Below, piece by piece: positions 51,447 through 64,000 of a stretch of 64,000 bases of DNA (within the stretch, counting starts at the first letter, position 1; each line of letters opens with the position of its first letter). The DNA comes from Octopus vulgaris (Eukaryota): NCBI GenBank assembly GCA_951406725.2, contig OX597827.1, positions 79,360,001-79,424,000 of the forward strand, written 5' to 3'. The notes beneath the pieces were generated by a model that searched no databases, was not told where the DNA came from, and saw only the letters and a program-made list of their open reading frames with translations. The translations under genes were made by a program, and so were the position numbers.

Positions 51447-52012
51447 TTGGGTTGTCCGGAAAGTTTGTGCCGATTTATAGTACCTTACCTTTCGACTTAT
51501 TTTAGAACATGGTTGAGTCCATAAAATAGGATTTGACTACCCTTCCATTTAGAGCACAGTATAAGCTATCTTCTCATGGAAGAAGAATTATGTTCCTATA
51601 ACCTGTGTTAATTCAGTAACCCTTTAAAATGGAAGATAAGAAAGTTCATTTTTGGCACTTGATGCTTTGGGAACTAGATAAAAATTGCTGCAGCTCGGCT
51701 GGGATGTGTTACTCCACCCTCCATATTTACCAGATATTGCTCCCTCAGATTTCCACATATTCAGGTCTCTGCAGAATAGTCTTAATGGTAAAAATTTCAA
51801 TTCCTTGGATGATGTAAAAAGATACCTTGATGAATTCTTTGCCATGAAACCACCTCAATTCTGGGAAGAGGGTATTTTCAAGTTAAAGGAAAGATGGAGA
51901 CGCATTGTGCAACAAAATGGTTCATATTTGGTTGATTAAAAATGTAATGGCAAGTATTTATTGACCTTTTTCTTTCCTTTAAAAATCGTCACAAACTCTC
52001 CGGACAACCCAA
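51447..52012 (+). mobile_element. Internally deleted mariner transposon
   Basis: TIRs ttgggttgtccggaaagtttgtgccgatt / aatcgtcacaaactctccggacaacccaa with TA on both sides. C-terminal transposase LLHPPYLPDIAPSDFHIFRSL...RWRRIVQQNGSY. Confidence 0.9.
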
Positions 52013-52829
52013 TATATGGTGGCAACCTAAAGAAATTACTTTTTACTGTGGTGTATACTTTGAGGTACAGTTTTTTCATCAGTATAGATTGTAGCTGCAC
52101 TTTTCCTAAACAAATATAGTTACTGTTTAAATTGTATGTAATACATGTTTTGAAAAATTTTTATTCATTAATTCTAAAATATATTTATTTCAGCACTATC
52201 CAACCTGATCTAATAAATCCTGCTAACTGCTCACCCTTATACCAAAAGCTTGAACTACTGCACCCTTTTTCATACATTTTAATTCTAAGTTGTTTTTTTA
52301 ATATTTGGAACATCAACTGTACTTTTCATCTTAGTTTCTTTAATCTTATAGAATTTTATGGGATGCAAAAATGAAAATTTACATTTTGTTGCTTTTTTAT
52401 TAGAGAAAAAAGAGCATCACCTATAACTGTTATAAGGCTTCCATCACTTCCATGTGATAGGAAAAACTTATCCAACCAAAGAGTTGGCCTGAATACTTGC
52501 AACTGAGTGGAATCTGCTAAAAACACTCAAAATCCAAGCGGTGGTGGTGTTAAACTGGAATATGGATGAAGTCCACCATTTGGAAATACAAACAATGTCT
52601 TTGAGAGACTGAGTGTTTCTGTTTTCTAAATTTCATTCACTGGTTTTCGTAGACCAGAGGTCATGGTAAAAAGCACTTGCCCAATGTGCAGTGCAGTAGA
52701 ATCAAATCCTAAACCACATAGTTGTGAAATGAACTTGTTGACCACTTAATTGATATTTGAGATTTGTAGCTTAGAAGTGAAGCATGTCTCTCTTAATGAT
52801 GAAAAGCTATAGTTAAGAAGACGTGCGAT

Positions 52830-53565
52830 GAAGTGGTGAGAAATGACCTTCAGATGATGAGCCTCACAGAGATGACAAGGGATTGAACCTTCTGATGATT
52901 TGCTGTGTTTGAGAAGACGGCAGGCCATACTCCTCTCTTACACACACACAATCTGTCCTCAGTTAAAACTCCCCAACAACCAATCTTTCTAACATCTCCC
53001 AATCCCACCATCTACGATCACTACTCATTACAGGCCCTCTTCTCTCTCCCTCACAAGCATATCCACACTCTCCATGCCTTCACATACCTAACATACTCTT
53101 TTTTGTCTGATTGACTATCTTTCTATCTCTTCTTCCTCTCCTTTCCTACTGGTGTAGCCAAGAATCTTGCAGTAAGACACCTATTTCTAACACTCTTACC
53201 TGGTACAAAGCCACTTCCTATGGTTCTACTCCCTCTCCCAGCAGAGAAGTCTTCATCTTGCAAGTTACTTGGCAACCCTGCTGGTGCCAGTGCCATATAG
53301 AAAACACCAGTACTGGTACCACATAAAAAGCAGTCACTACACTGTGAAGTGGTTGGCATTAGGAAGGTCATCCAGCTATGGAAACAATCCAAAGAAGACA
53401 ATGGAGCCTGGTACAGCCCTCCACCTTGCCAGCTCCTGTCAAACCATCCAAAACATGCCAGCATAGAAGATGGATGTTAAATGATAAGGATTTTATTGTT
53501 GAATGTTAAACTTCATTAAACATCAGAGCATGGAAAATGGACGTTAAACGATGATGATGATGATA
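52830..53565 (+). mobile_element. RTE LINE 3' region fragments with two (GAT)n tails
   Basis: gtggttggcattaggaagg...catccagct...catgccagcat and gcatggaaaatggacgttaaacgatgatgatg. Confidence 0.65.
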
Positions 53566-55514
53566 TTAAATATTTCTTAGCACAAATGCCAGCAGAGTGA
53601 GAATAATTCGTAGGTAAAATTTTAGGTTGCATTTTATGAAATAATGTATTCTAATCAAATTTTTAAAAAAAATATTTCTCTAGGTGTAGTATGTACTAAA
53701 GCTTATAAATTCTCACAGGTCTTTTGCTATGAATGTAGCATCGGTAGAAATAAAATATTGAACTTGTTTTAGTACATAATTAACTTTGTTATTCACTTCC
53801 ACTTGTTTCAGAAAATAATGATTAAATTCCTAGCTTCAACATTATAATTGTAATTTACTTATATTTAGCAAATGCTACAATGTGATATTGAAATGAAACT
53901 ACACAATTTAAAAAATAGAATTAAGAAAATGAGAGGAGTTTAATAAAAAAAGGAAACTGTTGACAATAACATTCTTATATGTCTAGTTTATAAGACTGAG
54001 CAAGTTATTCTGAAATAATGTATGAGAATTTATTTCTAAATATTGCTAGGGTTAAGATGATATCTCAGATTTTATTCCTCTGTTTGGTAAATCAGTTGAT
54101 TTGTAAGCAAAAGTTTGCATAACTTTTCAACTTAGTTCATAGTTTCTGAGTTCTGAAAAAAATAAAAATAAATAAATTAGAAAGGTACACATTTTTGGTA
54201 ATAAAATACTCTTTAATATTTCCAAATATCTGAAGAAATTTCAATTTTTGTTTTATCTCCCAATTCTGTATTGGTTATTTCTTTCTCTATTATGTAGACA
54301 TAGTTGTGTGGTAAGGATTTATTTCACAATCATGTGGTTTTGAGTTTAATCCCACTGCATAGCACCATGGAGAAATATCTTCTGTAATCATACATTGTGT
54401 GAAGTTTGATTGATAAAAACTGTGCTAAAGCCTACTGTATATGTGTGTGTGTGTAGCCAAGTTGCGTTCCTTTACATCAAAACATAACTTGCTAACTCAA
54501 TAAAAAGATACTGACTAAATAAATACCAGATTGAAATAAGTAGAGGAGAACAATATGATCAACTGAAGCTCTAGGCAGCAGTAAAAATTAAAAACCAAGT
54601 TGAGTTAACAAGGAAGCTTTGTAACAACTCTCATACAACCAAGCTAAATTGTGGTCATCCAGACCAGTCATAAAAAATTAGTATCCTTTAACAAGGCACT
54701 GGTTATATAAGCAGAAGTCTTGATAAATACAGCTGGAGCAAGCTGTTCCTGCTTTCTTTTTCCATGTAATTTAGCTACAACAGTCCCAAACCAAACATTG
54801 TCATGGTTGAATAAAACACCAAATTGTCACAGCAAGTGTGACACAAGAACTTTAATTGAAGAACATATTTTAAATACAATTTTTATAATTTGATTCAAAC
54901 CTTATTTTTCATTATGTTGTAAATGAAAAATTTTTCCCTTTTTTCTGTATAAGTTACTCTACCATCCAAACCTCTAATTACAAACTTTCGGAAGTGAACA
55001 TTGATTTTAAAATATTGTTTCATAGTGCTCCTTAGTCCAGAAAAGGTCTATGTTTCCAGTGATATGTAAAAATTAATTTTCCGAAGTCCTTTCCCCACCC
55101 TTTGGAAAAGATTTTCCCCACAAATTTCTTTATAATCGTAATGTATGCCGTTTGAAAAGTATTTCTATAAAATTTCATTGAAAAAATCTCATTTTCCTAA
55201 AAGTTATGAGGAAAAAAACTCGGATCTTGTGAATTTTCCGAAGTCCTCTTTCCACCCTCCCATTGCTTTGCGCGCATTTCTTTTTCATATTCGTTTCCTA
55301 CACATTGTTTTACACCCATTCCAGTATTTTTTTTTTAATTTCATTTCCGGGTCAAGATGTAAACATTAACCAAATTTCCTACCAATATCTTTCAGTAAGT
55401 TACAATCATATTGGAATCTACTCTGAAGCGTATTTGTAGAAAATTTCATAAAAAATATCTATTTTCCTGGAAGTCACGGGGAAACAAAGTGGAGGTGAGG
55501 GACACACATGTGTA

Positions 55515-55830
55515 GGTTTCTTTTTGCTTCAGTCATTAGACTTCGGCCATGCTGGGGCACCGCCTTTGAAGAATTTTTAGTTGAATGAATCGACCCCAGT
55601 ACTCTTTTTTTTAAGCCTGGTACTTATTCTATCGGCACTTTTGCCAAAACGCCAAGATACGGGGATTTAAATACAACACCGGTTGTCAAGCGGTGCTGGG
55701 TGACTGCTACAAAGACACACATATTTATACATACACGACGGACTTCTTTCAGTTTCCGTCTACCAAATCTATTTATTTAGTCGACCCGAGGTTCGAAGCA
55801 AGCTTCTTACCACACAGTCACGCCTGCGCC
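55515..55830 (-). mobile_element. tRNA-headed SINE, internally deleted
   Basis: Reverse complement of the 46106-46490 family. Confidence 0.7.
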
Positions 55831-56073
55831 TACTGTATGCCGAAAATAAAATAGCATACTAATAAAAGTATAGTATTGTAAATACTAGTTGGAACTTCGG
55901 TCTAACAGCTCAGCTGAATTTATCAATTAATGTCATTGGTAGAATCATTAACAGAAACAAGACTTTACGGTTTTTTTTTTATATATCGTTTACAGTTCGT
56001 TGACAACTTGACTCGTATACAATATTTTGCATACTAACCGAAAACATGTTACATGGCTATCTTTCGATAATTC

Positions 56074-57222
56074 GGATCTTTTCGGTTTGGAGGGCAGTTT
56101 TTTCTAGCGGTGTCATATGAAATTGTCACCCATAATTATGACCCTAGTATCGATGGCGAGCTGGCAGTACCGTTAGCACGCCGGGCGAAATGCGTAGCCG
56201 TATTTCGTCTGTCGTTACGTTCTGAGTTCAAATTCCGCCGAGGTCGACTTTGCCTTTCATCCTTTCGGGGTCGATAAATAAAGTACCAGTTTCCAACAGG
56301 GGTCGATGTAATCGACTTAAATCCCTTTGTCCTTGTTTGTCCCCTCTATGTTTAGCCCCTTGTGGGCAGTAAAGAAATACATTTCAATCTGTTTTAGGGT
56401 TAGGGGTGGGGGAAGGGTATCTTTTCGGTTTGAACGGCAGTTTTAGACATAATTTCTAGGTAACTAAAAAATTTTAAACTTCATATACTGGTAGAATGTG
56501 TTTATAAAACATCTTTTTCTCTTGGCTTTCCTGAGAAAATTCTGTAGTTTGTAACATATTTCGTCTTTAATTTCTTGCGTTTCAGCAATTTCAACCAATC
56601 AATGACCGTCTATTGAGGCGAAGGCATTCTGTGCCGTATGAATATGTCCCTCGTTTAAGAAACAGATTGGGTTTATTTACATTTGTGAAGAAAAAAAAAG
56701 ATACCCTTCCCCCACCCCTAACCAACCCTAAATCTAAAATAGATTGAAATGCAATAGATCGATTCTAGGGTCATAATTAAGGGTGATAATTTCATGACAC
56801 CGCTAGAGAAAATGGCATTTTTTTCTAGCGGTGTCATATGAAATTGTCACCCATAATTATGATCCTAGTATCGATCTATTGCATTTCAATCTATTTTAGA
56901 TTTAGGGTTGGTTAGGGTTTGGGGTGGCGGAAGGGTATCTTTTTTTCTTCACAAATGTAAATAAACCCTATCTGTTTCTTAAACGTGGGACATATTCATA
57001 CGGCACAGAATGTTTTTTTTTACCTCAATAGACGTCATTGATTGGTTGAAATTGCAAAAATTGAAGAAAAAAACCCAAATATCATACAAACTATAGAATT
57101 TTCTCAATAAAGCTAAGAGAAAAAGATGTTTTATAAACACATTCTACCAGTATACGAATTTTAAAAGTGTTTAGTTACGTGGAAATTATTTCAAAAAACT
57201 GCCGTTCAAACCGAAAAGATCC
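56074..57222. mobile_element. Non-autonomous DNA transposon with TIR ggatcttttcggtttgaacggcagttttt, internally rearranged, 6-bp flanking direct repeat taattc
   Basis: TIRs at 56074 and 57222; taattc at 56068-56073 and 57223-57228; 56419-56810 is the inverse of 56818-57222. Confidence 0.75.
56153..56378 (+). mobile_element. Young SINE nested in the DNA element
   Basis: ggcgagctggcag...gagttcaaattccgccgaggtcgactttgcctttcatcctttcggggtcgataaa. Host sequence resumes after it, as seen by comparison with 56870-56900. Confidence 0.8.
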
Positions 57223-57865
57223 TAATTCAAATTTGATATAAGTCGTGGGTTCAATTTAAGCGCATTTAAAGGACTTTTACGAGGACGCTCCACTTTGTAG
57301 ATTTGATGTGGAGAAGAAAGGCACAAGGAGGAATCGTAGAAAGCGAGGGAGAACGAAGAAACAAGAGAAAGGAAATATCGTAGCAGCTGGTGTTACAAAT
57401 CCTGCAGAAAAAGTTGCGGTCGATTTTGAAGGATTATTGTAAATCTAGTTTCTCTATGAAAATTAAAAAGGTAGCAATGAGTTAAAATGCTTCATTTGAG
57501 AGTTAAAATTGGGTTGGGCACCAAAGCTTCTGGGAGTTAATGAACGCCATCGATCTTTTTTTATTTTTGGTAACAACAGAACATTATGAAACTAGCGTTG
57601 TTCTACAATAGTCATTGATTTATTATTTTTTTCTTTAAATGCGTGGCACGAGGTCTCAAATGAATAGGGAGTATATTCGAGTGAATTGCTTACAATAATC
57701 ATACCTGTTCTTTCATCTGGGCTAATGCAGAATCGCACCTCTCCAAGAAAAATGCATTAAAAAAAATGGTAAATTTTCGGATTCCTACGTTTTATATGTC
57801 GGAGATTACGAATATGCATTTTTTTTAATCGCCCCCACTCCCCAATTTAAAATTATCGACTCCGA

Positions 57866-58368
57866 AAACATGTTGGCTATCTTTCGATACCACTCGCAAA
57901 GTTGTCAACGAACTGTCATCCCGGATCTGTTGTTTTGTTCGTTAGTTTCCGTAATTTTTATTTATTTATTTACTTTTGTTTTAAAGTGAAAGATGTATGA
58001 ACGTGTATATGAAATGAACGTGTGAGTAAGAGAGAGAGAGTGCCACTTACACATACATGAGAACATACACGTTCACTCACTCTCTCTCTCTCTCACACAC
58101 ACACGCATATATACATACAAAAAAGATGTGTGCATATGTATTGATGTATGTACATATACATGACGACACACCTCTTTTCTTTCTTTCTCTTTTCCCTCTC
58201 TGTCTCTCCCTCACACACACATCCATTTCATATCCGCGTACATACATATTTCACTTTCTCCTCTCTTTCACTTTAAAACAGAAGTAAATAAATAAAAAAA
58301 TTTTACCGAAATTAACGAACCCAGATGACAGCTTTTCAAGTCAAAACAAAATATAGCCAACATGTTTT
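57866..58368. repeat. Imperfect inverted repeat around microsatellite-rich core (MITE-like)
   Basis: aaaacatgttggctat...tttatttatttacttttgttttaaagtgaaaga is mirrored by tctttcactttaaaacagaagtaaataaataaa...atagccaacatgtttt. Confidence 0.5.
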
Positions 58369-59237
58369 AATGAGAAACGCTAATCACTTGAAATTCAATT
58401 TGTTTCTGTTTTCTAATATTCGTTTTCCAATTTTGTTTTTGCCTCAGACATAATTAGGAGAAATAAGTTTGCTCCTAATAACGGAAAAATAGCGAATTAT
58501 TTAGTATATATAAAGATTCGGGGAAAATTACATAAACTGATCGATATCGAAACAAGCACGCGCACACACAATCACACATCGAATAGGAATGTCATCACTT
58601 GTCTCTCTCTTCTGGAATTCGATTTGACTAATAATCAAGTTCCTATATTTGATGAGTGATGCCACACAGAGATCATTACATCGTGCCCATAGCTTGCTTC
58701 TTTCAGCATGGTAAATAAACTTGTCATACTATTTGTGGCACTTCAATGACAACAGTTTTCCAATTAAGAGTCAAAGCAGCCGATTGACTGTCTGTTACTC
58801 AAAAAAGTCGACAGCATATATTTACAAAAATATTGAGTGTGGATAAGTCTGGTTCTTTAATTATACTGGACAATTTCACAGACTCACGCCAGAGTACTCA
58901 ATCCTTCAAAAAGTTTGAGAATGAACACACTAGTGCTTTTTAACTTGTATGTCTCTGAAAAAATGAGAAAGCAAAATACATAAGAACTAAACAAATAAAG
59001 ATCGTATAGCCGTTAAATAGAACTATGGTAAAATTATGAGATAAAGTTTTCTAATCGCCGAAAATTTTGTGATACGCGGGCTAGACGAACGAGACACTCC
59101 ACTGTCCATTGTCCCACCACGTCAGATATATCGTGTAACTTTGACGCGACCCGAAGATGATTCAAAAGCTCCCTCTCTGGATTTGGGTAATATTGTACAG
59201 AAATTTATTTACCTGAATTTTCATTTTTTATTTGTAA

Positions 59238-60134
59238 CTAGCAGTATCGCCCGGCGTTGCTCGGGTTTATAAGGGAAATAACTATAAAGCATTTTTAGAG
59301 AGTTATAGCCCCAAAATAGCAAAAAATGCATTAAAAATGGAAAAAAAATTATAGTAAATTTTTTTAAATCGTTGACTCATCGTAGACATTTTTAGAGAGT
59401 TACTTACCTTATATAATAGCAAAAAAATGCATTAAAATGGAAAAAAATTATGGTAAATTAATTTTTAAAATCGTAGACTCATCGTAGATGCGCGCTAATA
59501 CCCAGAAGGGCTCGATATGAATCACGACTATAAGATACCCGGTTTTGGTTAAACTGCACCGCAAAATGTGGGAGTAGTTAGGAATCTAAATCGTAGGAGA
59601 CAGACACACAACTTCACTTTTATATATAAAGATTTGTGCAACAACTAAAACATTCGGTTGTGCAAATTGTTTGCACAGGAAACCTGCCCTGTGTGGCGGT
59701 TGTGGATCTGTTTCAGCTTTTTTAGCGATTTCTGTTTTGGCGACTTCAAGCCATGAAGTCATTGTTCTAAAAGAACGCTGGTCTCCTTGACAACGCTTTA
59801 CGACGTTGATTTCCTTACACTCCCTTCCCCACAGCTTCACGAGGGAGGGAAGAAGGGGGAGAAGCAACACAGGTGCAGGTGTGAGCATGGACGCCAACTC
59901 CGCCGCCATCGACACACGAAAAAATATGCGTTAAAATGGAAAAAAATTATGGTAAATTATTTTTTAAATCGTAGACTCATCGTAGATGCGCGCTAATACC
60001 CAGACGGGCTCGATATGAATCACGACTATAAGATACCCGAATTTGGTTAAACTGCACCGCAAAATGTGGGAGTAGTTAGGAATCTAAATCGTAGGAGACA
60101 GACACTCACACAACTACAGTTTTATATATATAGA
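59238..60134 (-). mobile_element. Non-autonomous Helitron-like element
   Basis: Minus strand begins A|TCtatatata at 60134 and ends CTAG|T at 59238, with GC hairpin cccgagcaacgccggg just before it; no TSD. Confidence 0.72.
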
Positions 60135-61930
60135 TTACATTTAGAAAGTTTGTGACTTAAAACAAAAAAAAACAAAAAAACTTATGAATAGAAAGCGGTG
60201 GAAAGTGAAAGTAAATTGTGAGCATTTTCAAAAGAATCGTGTTTATATTTAATAAAATTTGCTTTATTTTCTTTATAATTTAAAATATTCGATTGCGAAA
60301 ACATCACTCGCATTTAAACATACCCAATTGGCTCTTCAGGTTTCAATTTTCTTTGAAGTTTTATTTATCATCGTAAAACACTGACTAATACTAATGCCTT
60401 GAGGATGCTATACTAACACCTTGCTAGTTATTTAATATATTCTATGAATTTTTTGAGTAGTTTCAAAAAAAGTATTTCTTTCCAAACCTCCTTGCATCAA
60501 AGTTGTGTAACAAATCTAGGGTTTCTTATCTGAACAGTTTTCTAAGTATTATGTTATATTTCTAAAAATACTTTCAGTATTCCAGTTTAAGCAAATTGAT
60601 TTCTAAAACCAAACCATTATCATCGGCTTACTGGTTTGTTATGAAAGATAATTCTGAATAGTACTTTTGAAAAAACTTACCTTGTTTGATTAATTTATGG
60701 GTGTTGCTAATGTTCTTTGTAACAGGAGCCTCTTAACAGGTAGTCCACTGTAACTATTGACACAATAGCAGGCGTAACTACCTAACAGACTGCTCCAGCT
60801 TCTGTGTATTCCATGAACCAACTACGAGGGTGTCGTCTGGGTTATTTCCTTTGGAACTGATGTGATTTAAAACGCTATATTGTTTTTATTCCTATATGAA
60901 TTCTCCTCATCGTTACTCAATTATTGTAGAAAGAAGCTGACTGTAAATAATGCCTTTTCTACTCCATATAACTTGCTTTTTCGATTTGTGGTATAGAATT
61001 TCCTATAACTATGTATTGAAAGTTTTTAACTTGAACTCTATGTAAAACTAAAATCTCAAATTAGTTCTTATTATATCAAAATACATTCGTCAATCACGAG
61101 AATATTTATATTTAAATTTATTAAAAAGCAATGATAATCGGTGTCATATAACGAAAGAAATGTTCTGAAAATATTTGAACTATCTTGATGTACTTTTTAC
61201 CTTGTCTATAGAGGGTGGAATGTATTGAAGATGTTTCACTTTTGATAAAACAAAATGCTTATTTCATTAAGTAATGTGATATATCGTACTTGGACATTCA
61301 AATTTCTATTTTCCATCCTATTCTTGGACATTCAGAGAGTGTATATTTCAGTCAGTGAATTAAATTTATTTGTGAATTATACACTGCTGTAACTAGAAAC
61401 CAAATGGAAAAGAGAAAGGTGATACTGGACACTGGAAACTTAGCTGAGATTAGAGAAAAGTTTTGACTAGGGCAGGAAAATAGGAATGTTAATTGCAACG
61501 TTTTGATCTCCCAGAAGAGGAAATAATTGAATTTGTTTTGGAGCTATATTCTTAATTTCTAAAGCATTCAATTTTGTAATATATGAAAATATAAATGGAA
61601 AGGCTTTAAGGATTTCCCATTTATAGAATATAAAACATTTAGAGCAGAAGATGCTATAAATGTCCCATTTGATAACTTGTATTCTTTTAATTTTACCTTG
61701 GTGCTTCAATTATACAGTGTATAAAGAACTAAAACTTTTGTAGTGCTTGGTTACATCTTAAGATGAGGATTGTTTTTTTAACAGAATTTTGATAATATAT
61801 ATATAAATCTAATAGAGTATTCCTATGTATCAAATGTCGTATCATTTAAAAATATCAGCTATACTATCCTCTGTATGGAATTTCATAATTTATTGATATA
61901 TCTTCATGACATCAAAGAATTCAAATAAAG

Positions 61931-62022
61931 TTATTTTGTTAGATATGTTGGCTCTAAATATGTATCTTGGTTTTGTAGACGATTTGGTTTTGGAGGAACT
62001 TCTGGTTTAGAATCATCAAACT
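61931..62022 (-). CDS. Probable terminal exon of a diverged protocadherin lying beyond the window (EFDDSKPEVPPKPNRLQNQDTYLEPTYLTK*)
   Basis: Strong acceptor ttttatattttacag|, phase 1, gap-free alignment to the array's terminal exon (QDTYLQPT vs QDTYLEPT). Confidence 0.62.
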
Positions 62023-62899
62023 CTGTAAAATATAAAATAAAATAAAAAAACTTGTGCTCAAATCGTTGGATTTTAGTAAGATAAAGCATAAAAACTAACA
62101 CAATTTGACAGAAATAGCATTTTTGTGTTGGCATGGAGCCTCAAAGGAGAGGTATCAGATGTTGGTTTCAGATTGTTGAATTGTTATAATGCAACTTCAA
62201 AGTAATGAAGTTAGATTCTAGAACACATGTTGAAAAGTAAAAAGCATATTTTATATAAAAGAAACTCAGCCAATTCAACACACCATGGAAAAATTTATGT
62301 TAAACCAGCATCAACAAATATATTGAAGAGTTCAAGCAACATTAGAAATAGAATCTAACCTATAGATTTTTAATATAAAATCATACACTGGATAGGTTTA
62401 TTTTTTGCGTTTATCTTTATCTTATGGCGTCATAAATATAGTAACATCTTTTAGATACCATATGTTCCTAAACTGCCTTTCAATGAAATAGATGGATAAA
62501 AAAATTAAAAATTATAATATATTCTACATAAATTTACATCTTGAATCTCTTTTCTGCCTCAGTATCAACTGTGTAGATTTACTAAATTCAAATCTGAGAT
62601 TTATGAATCCAGTTAATTACCCTGAGTAAAATTAATTTAGCAAAGTCAAATTATTGCACTTGATGGGTAATGTAATCAGTGCTAGTAATTCTTTGAGTTC
62701 TTTCTCTCTCTCCTTCTTTCCCTCTCTCTTTCTCCCTCTTCCTCTCTCTCCCCCTCACTCCTCTCTCTTCCTCTCTCTGACCTTCATTTAATTAACTTGG
62801 GTGCAATATTTCATCTTTACGTTAGCTACTTTTCAAATACATCTAACTACTTGCACACATGCATATTGCTGAATAAAAGTACCCTCAACTCACATTTTA

Positions 62900-64000
62900 C
62901 ATACATGGTGTGCAAGGTATTTGATGTAATGGTTTTAAAAGTAGTGAGTAAACAAAGGTCATGACATGCCATCACAGAACTTTCAACAAGGTCTTAGACG
63001 TGATGCTGCTGGAAATGTTAAGGTGCTAGAGACAGTTGTTATGCTCTCGATTGTTGAAACGCACAATGGAATGTCATATGTATTTCAACAAGACCGAACA
63101 CCTTCTCACAAAGCCTATATATCTCAAGAATGGATATCAGATCTCTCATGGCAGATAAAATGTTTAGCATAAAAAAATGTTGCCATATGTGCAGGAGAAC
63201 ATAGGGATTTAGAAGTTGCCAACTTTTCAGATGTTGCAAAGTTTGGATGAAATTGTAAGCTGCTAGTGTGAATGTTTTGATTGTTTCAAAGAAACAAAAA
63301 TATTCTAATGTCCACACACTACGAAACTCAATGGGTTCAGAACACTGAGTGATCCTGGAAGATCAATGAGGACCATTGGCAAGGAACTTAAGGTGTTAGA
63401 GTGGACTATCAGAACTGTGGATCATGAGGACATTTGTTACAAGTCATATACTATGGGAAGACTAATTCATGTTGGCAAAGACACAGGAAAACTGTTTGAT
63501 CCCTTCCAAGTGGTTACTTAGCAAGGTTAAAGGCCTCCATAAACATTGTATGCTTTAGTTATTCTCTAATGAGAAAAACTTTGACCAAGACCAAAAGTCA
63601 AACAGGAGAAATGACTGATGGCTATGTATAGATTCTTTTGATCCCCCCCCACCAGGGTTTCCAGTACCTGTAATGGTTTTAATAGTAGTGAGTAATGAAG
63701 GTTATATCATGTTATCACACATCTTTCCAAGGATCTTAGAATTGAAACTTAGATATGTTGAGGTGTTGGAGACAGTTGTTAAGCTCTGGATTGGTGAAAT
63801 GCACAGTGGAAGGTCATACATACTCCAACAAGACTAAACCCTTCTCACAAAACTTGTATAACCCAAGAATGGATGTCAGACAACATTTTCCTGTAACACA
63901 AACTTGAGACCTTCAAACATGCCAGATTTCAATCCTATGAATTACTACATTTGGGGCATGTTGAAAGGCAAACTAATTGACATCCTAACAATGCCATAGC
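62900..64000 (+). mobile_element. Two decayed Tc1/mariner-superfamily transposase fragments
   Basis: YVFQQD motif at ~63080, repeated at ~63820; PDFNPMNYYIWG at ~63923-63958; 62925-63140 duplicated at 63670-63880. Confidence 0.65.

Overview
AT-rich animal genomic DNA, most likely a coleoid cephalopod (octopus), judged from the protocadherin type and the SINE/RTE-LINE families. Positions 1-38 kb hold a head-to-tail, minus-strand array of six-EC-domain protocadherin genes: four complete copies (one with a 1-nt frameshift) and one truncated pseudogene. Each complete unit consists of a conserved promoter block, a non-coding leader exon, a TE-bearing intron, one ~2.4-kb exon (signal peptide, EC1-6, TM, proximal tail), a 145-nt exon and an 80-nt terminal exon. 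EC2-EC3 are strongly divergent between copies. EC1, EC5-6, TM, tail exons, the last intron, the leader exon and the promoter are near-identical, and fresh tracts are even patched into the pseudogene, which points to region-restricted gene conversion. Positions 38-64 kb are mostly transposon debris: SINEs, RTE LINEs, Tc1/mariner, a Helitron, and a ~3.75-kb palindrome built around a Chapaev transposase fragment with 45-bp minisatellite ends. A diverged protocadherin-type terminal exon lies near 62 kb. Exon coordinates were read from splice motifs. Repeat boundaries are approximate and family names come from motif recognition, not from a database search.
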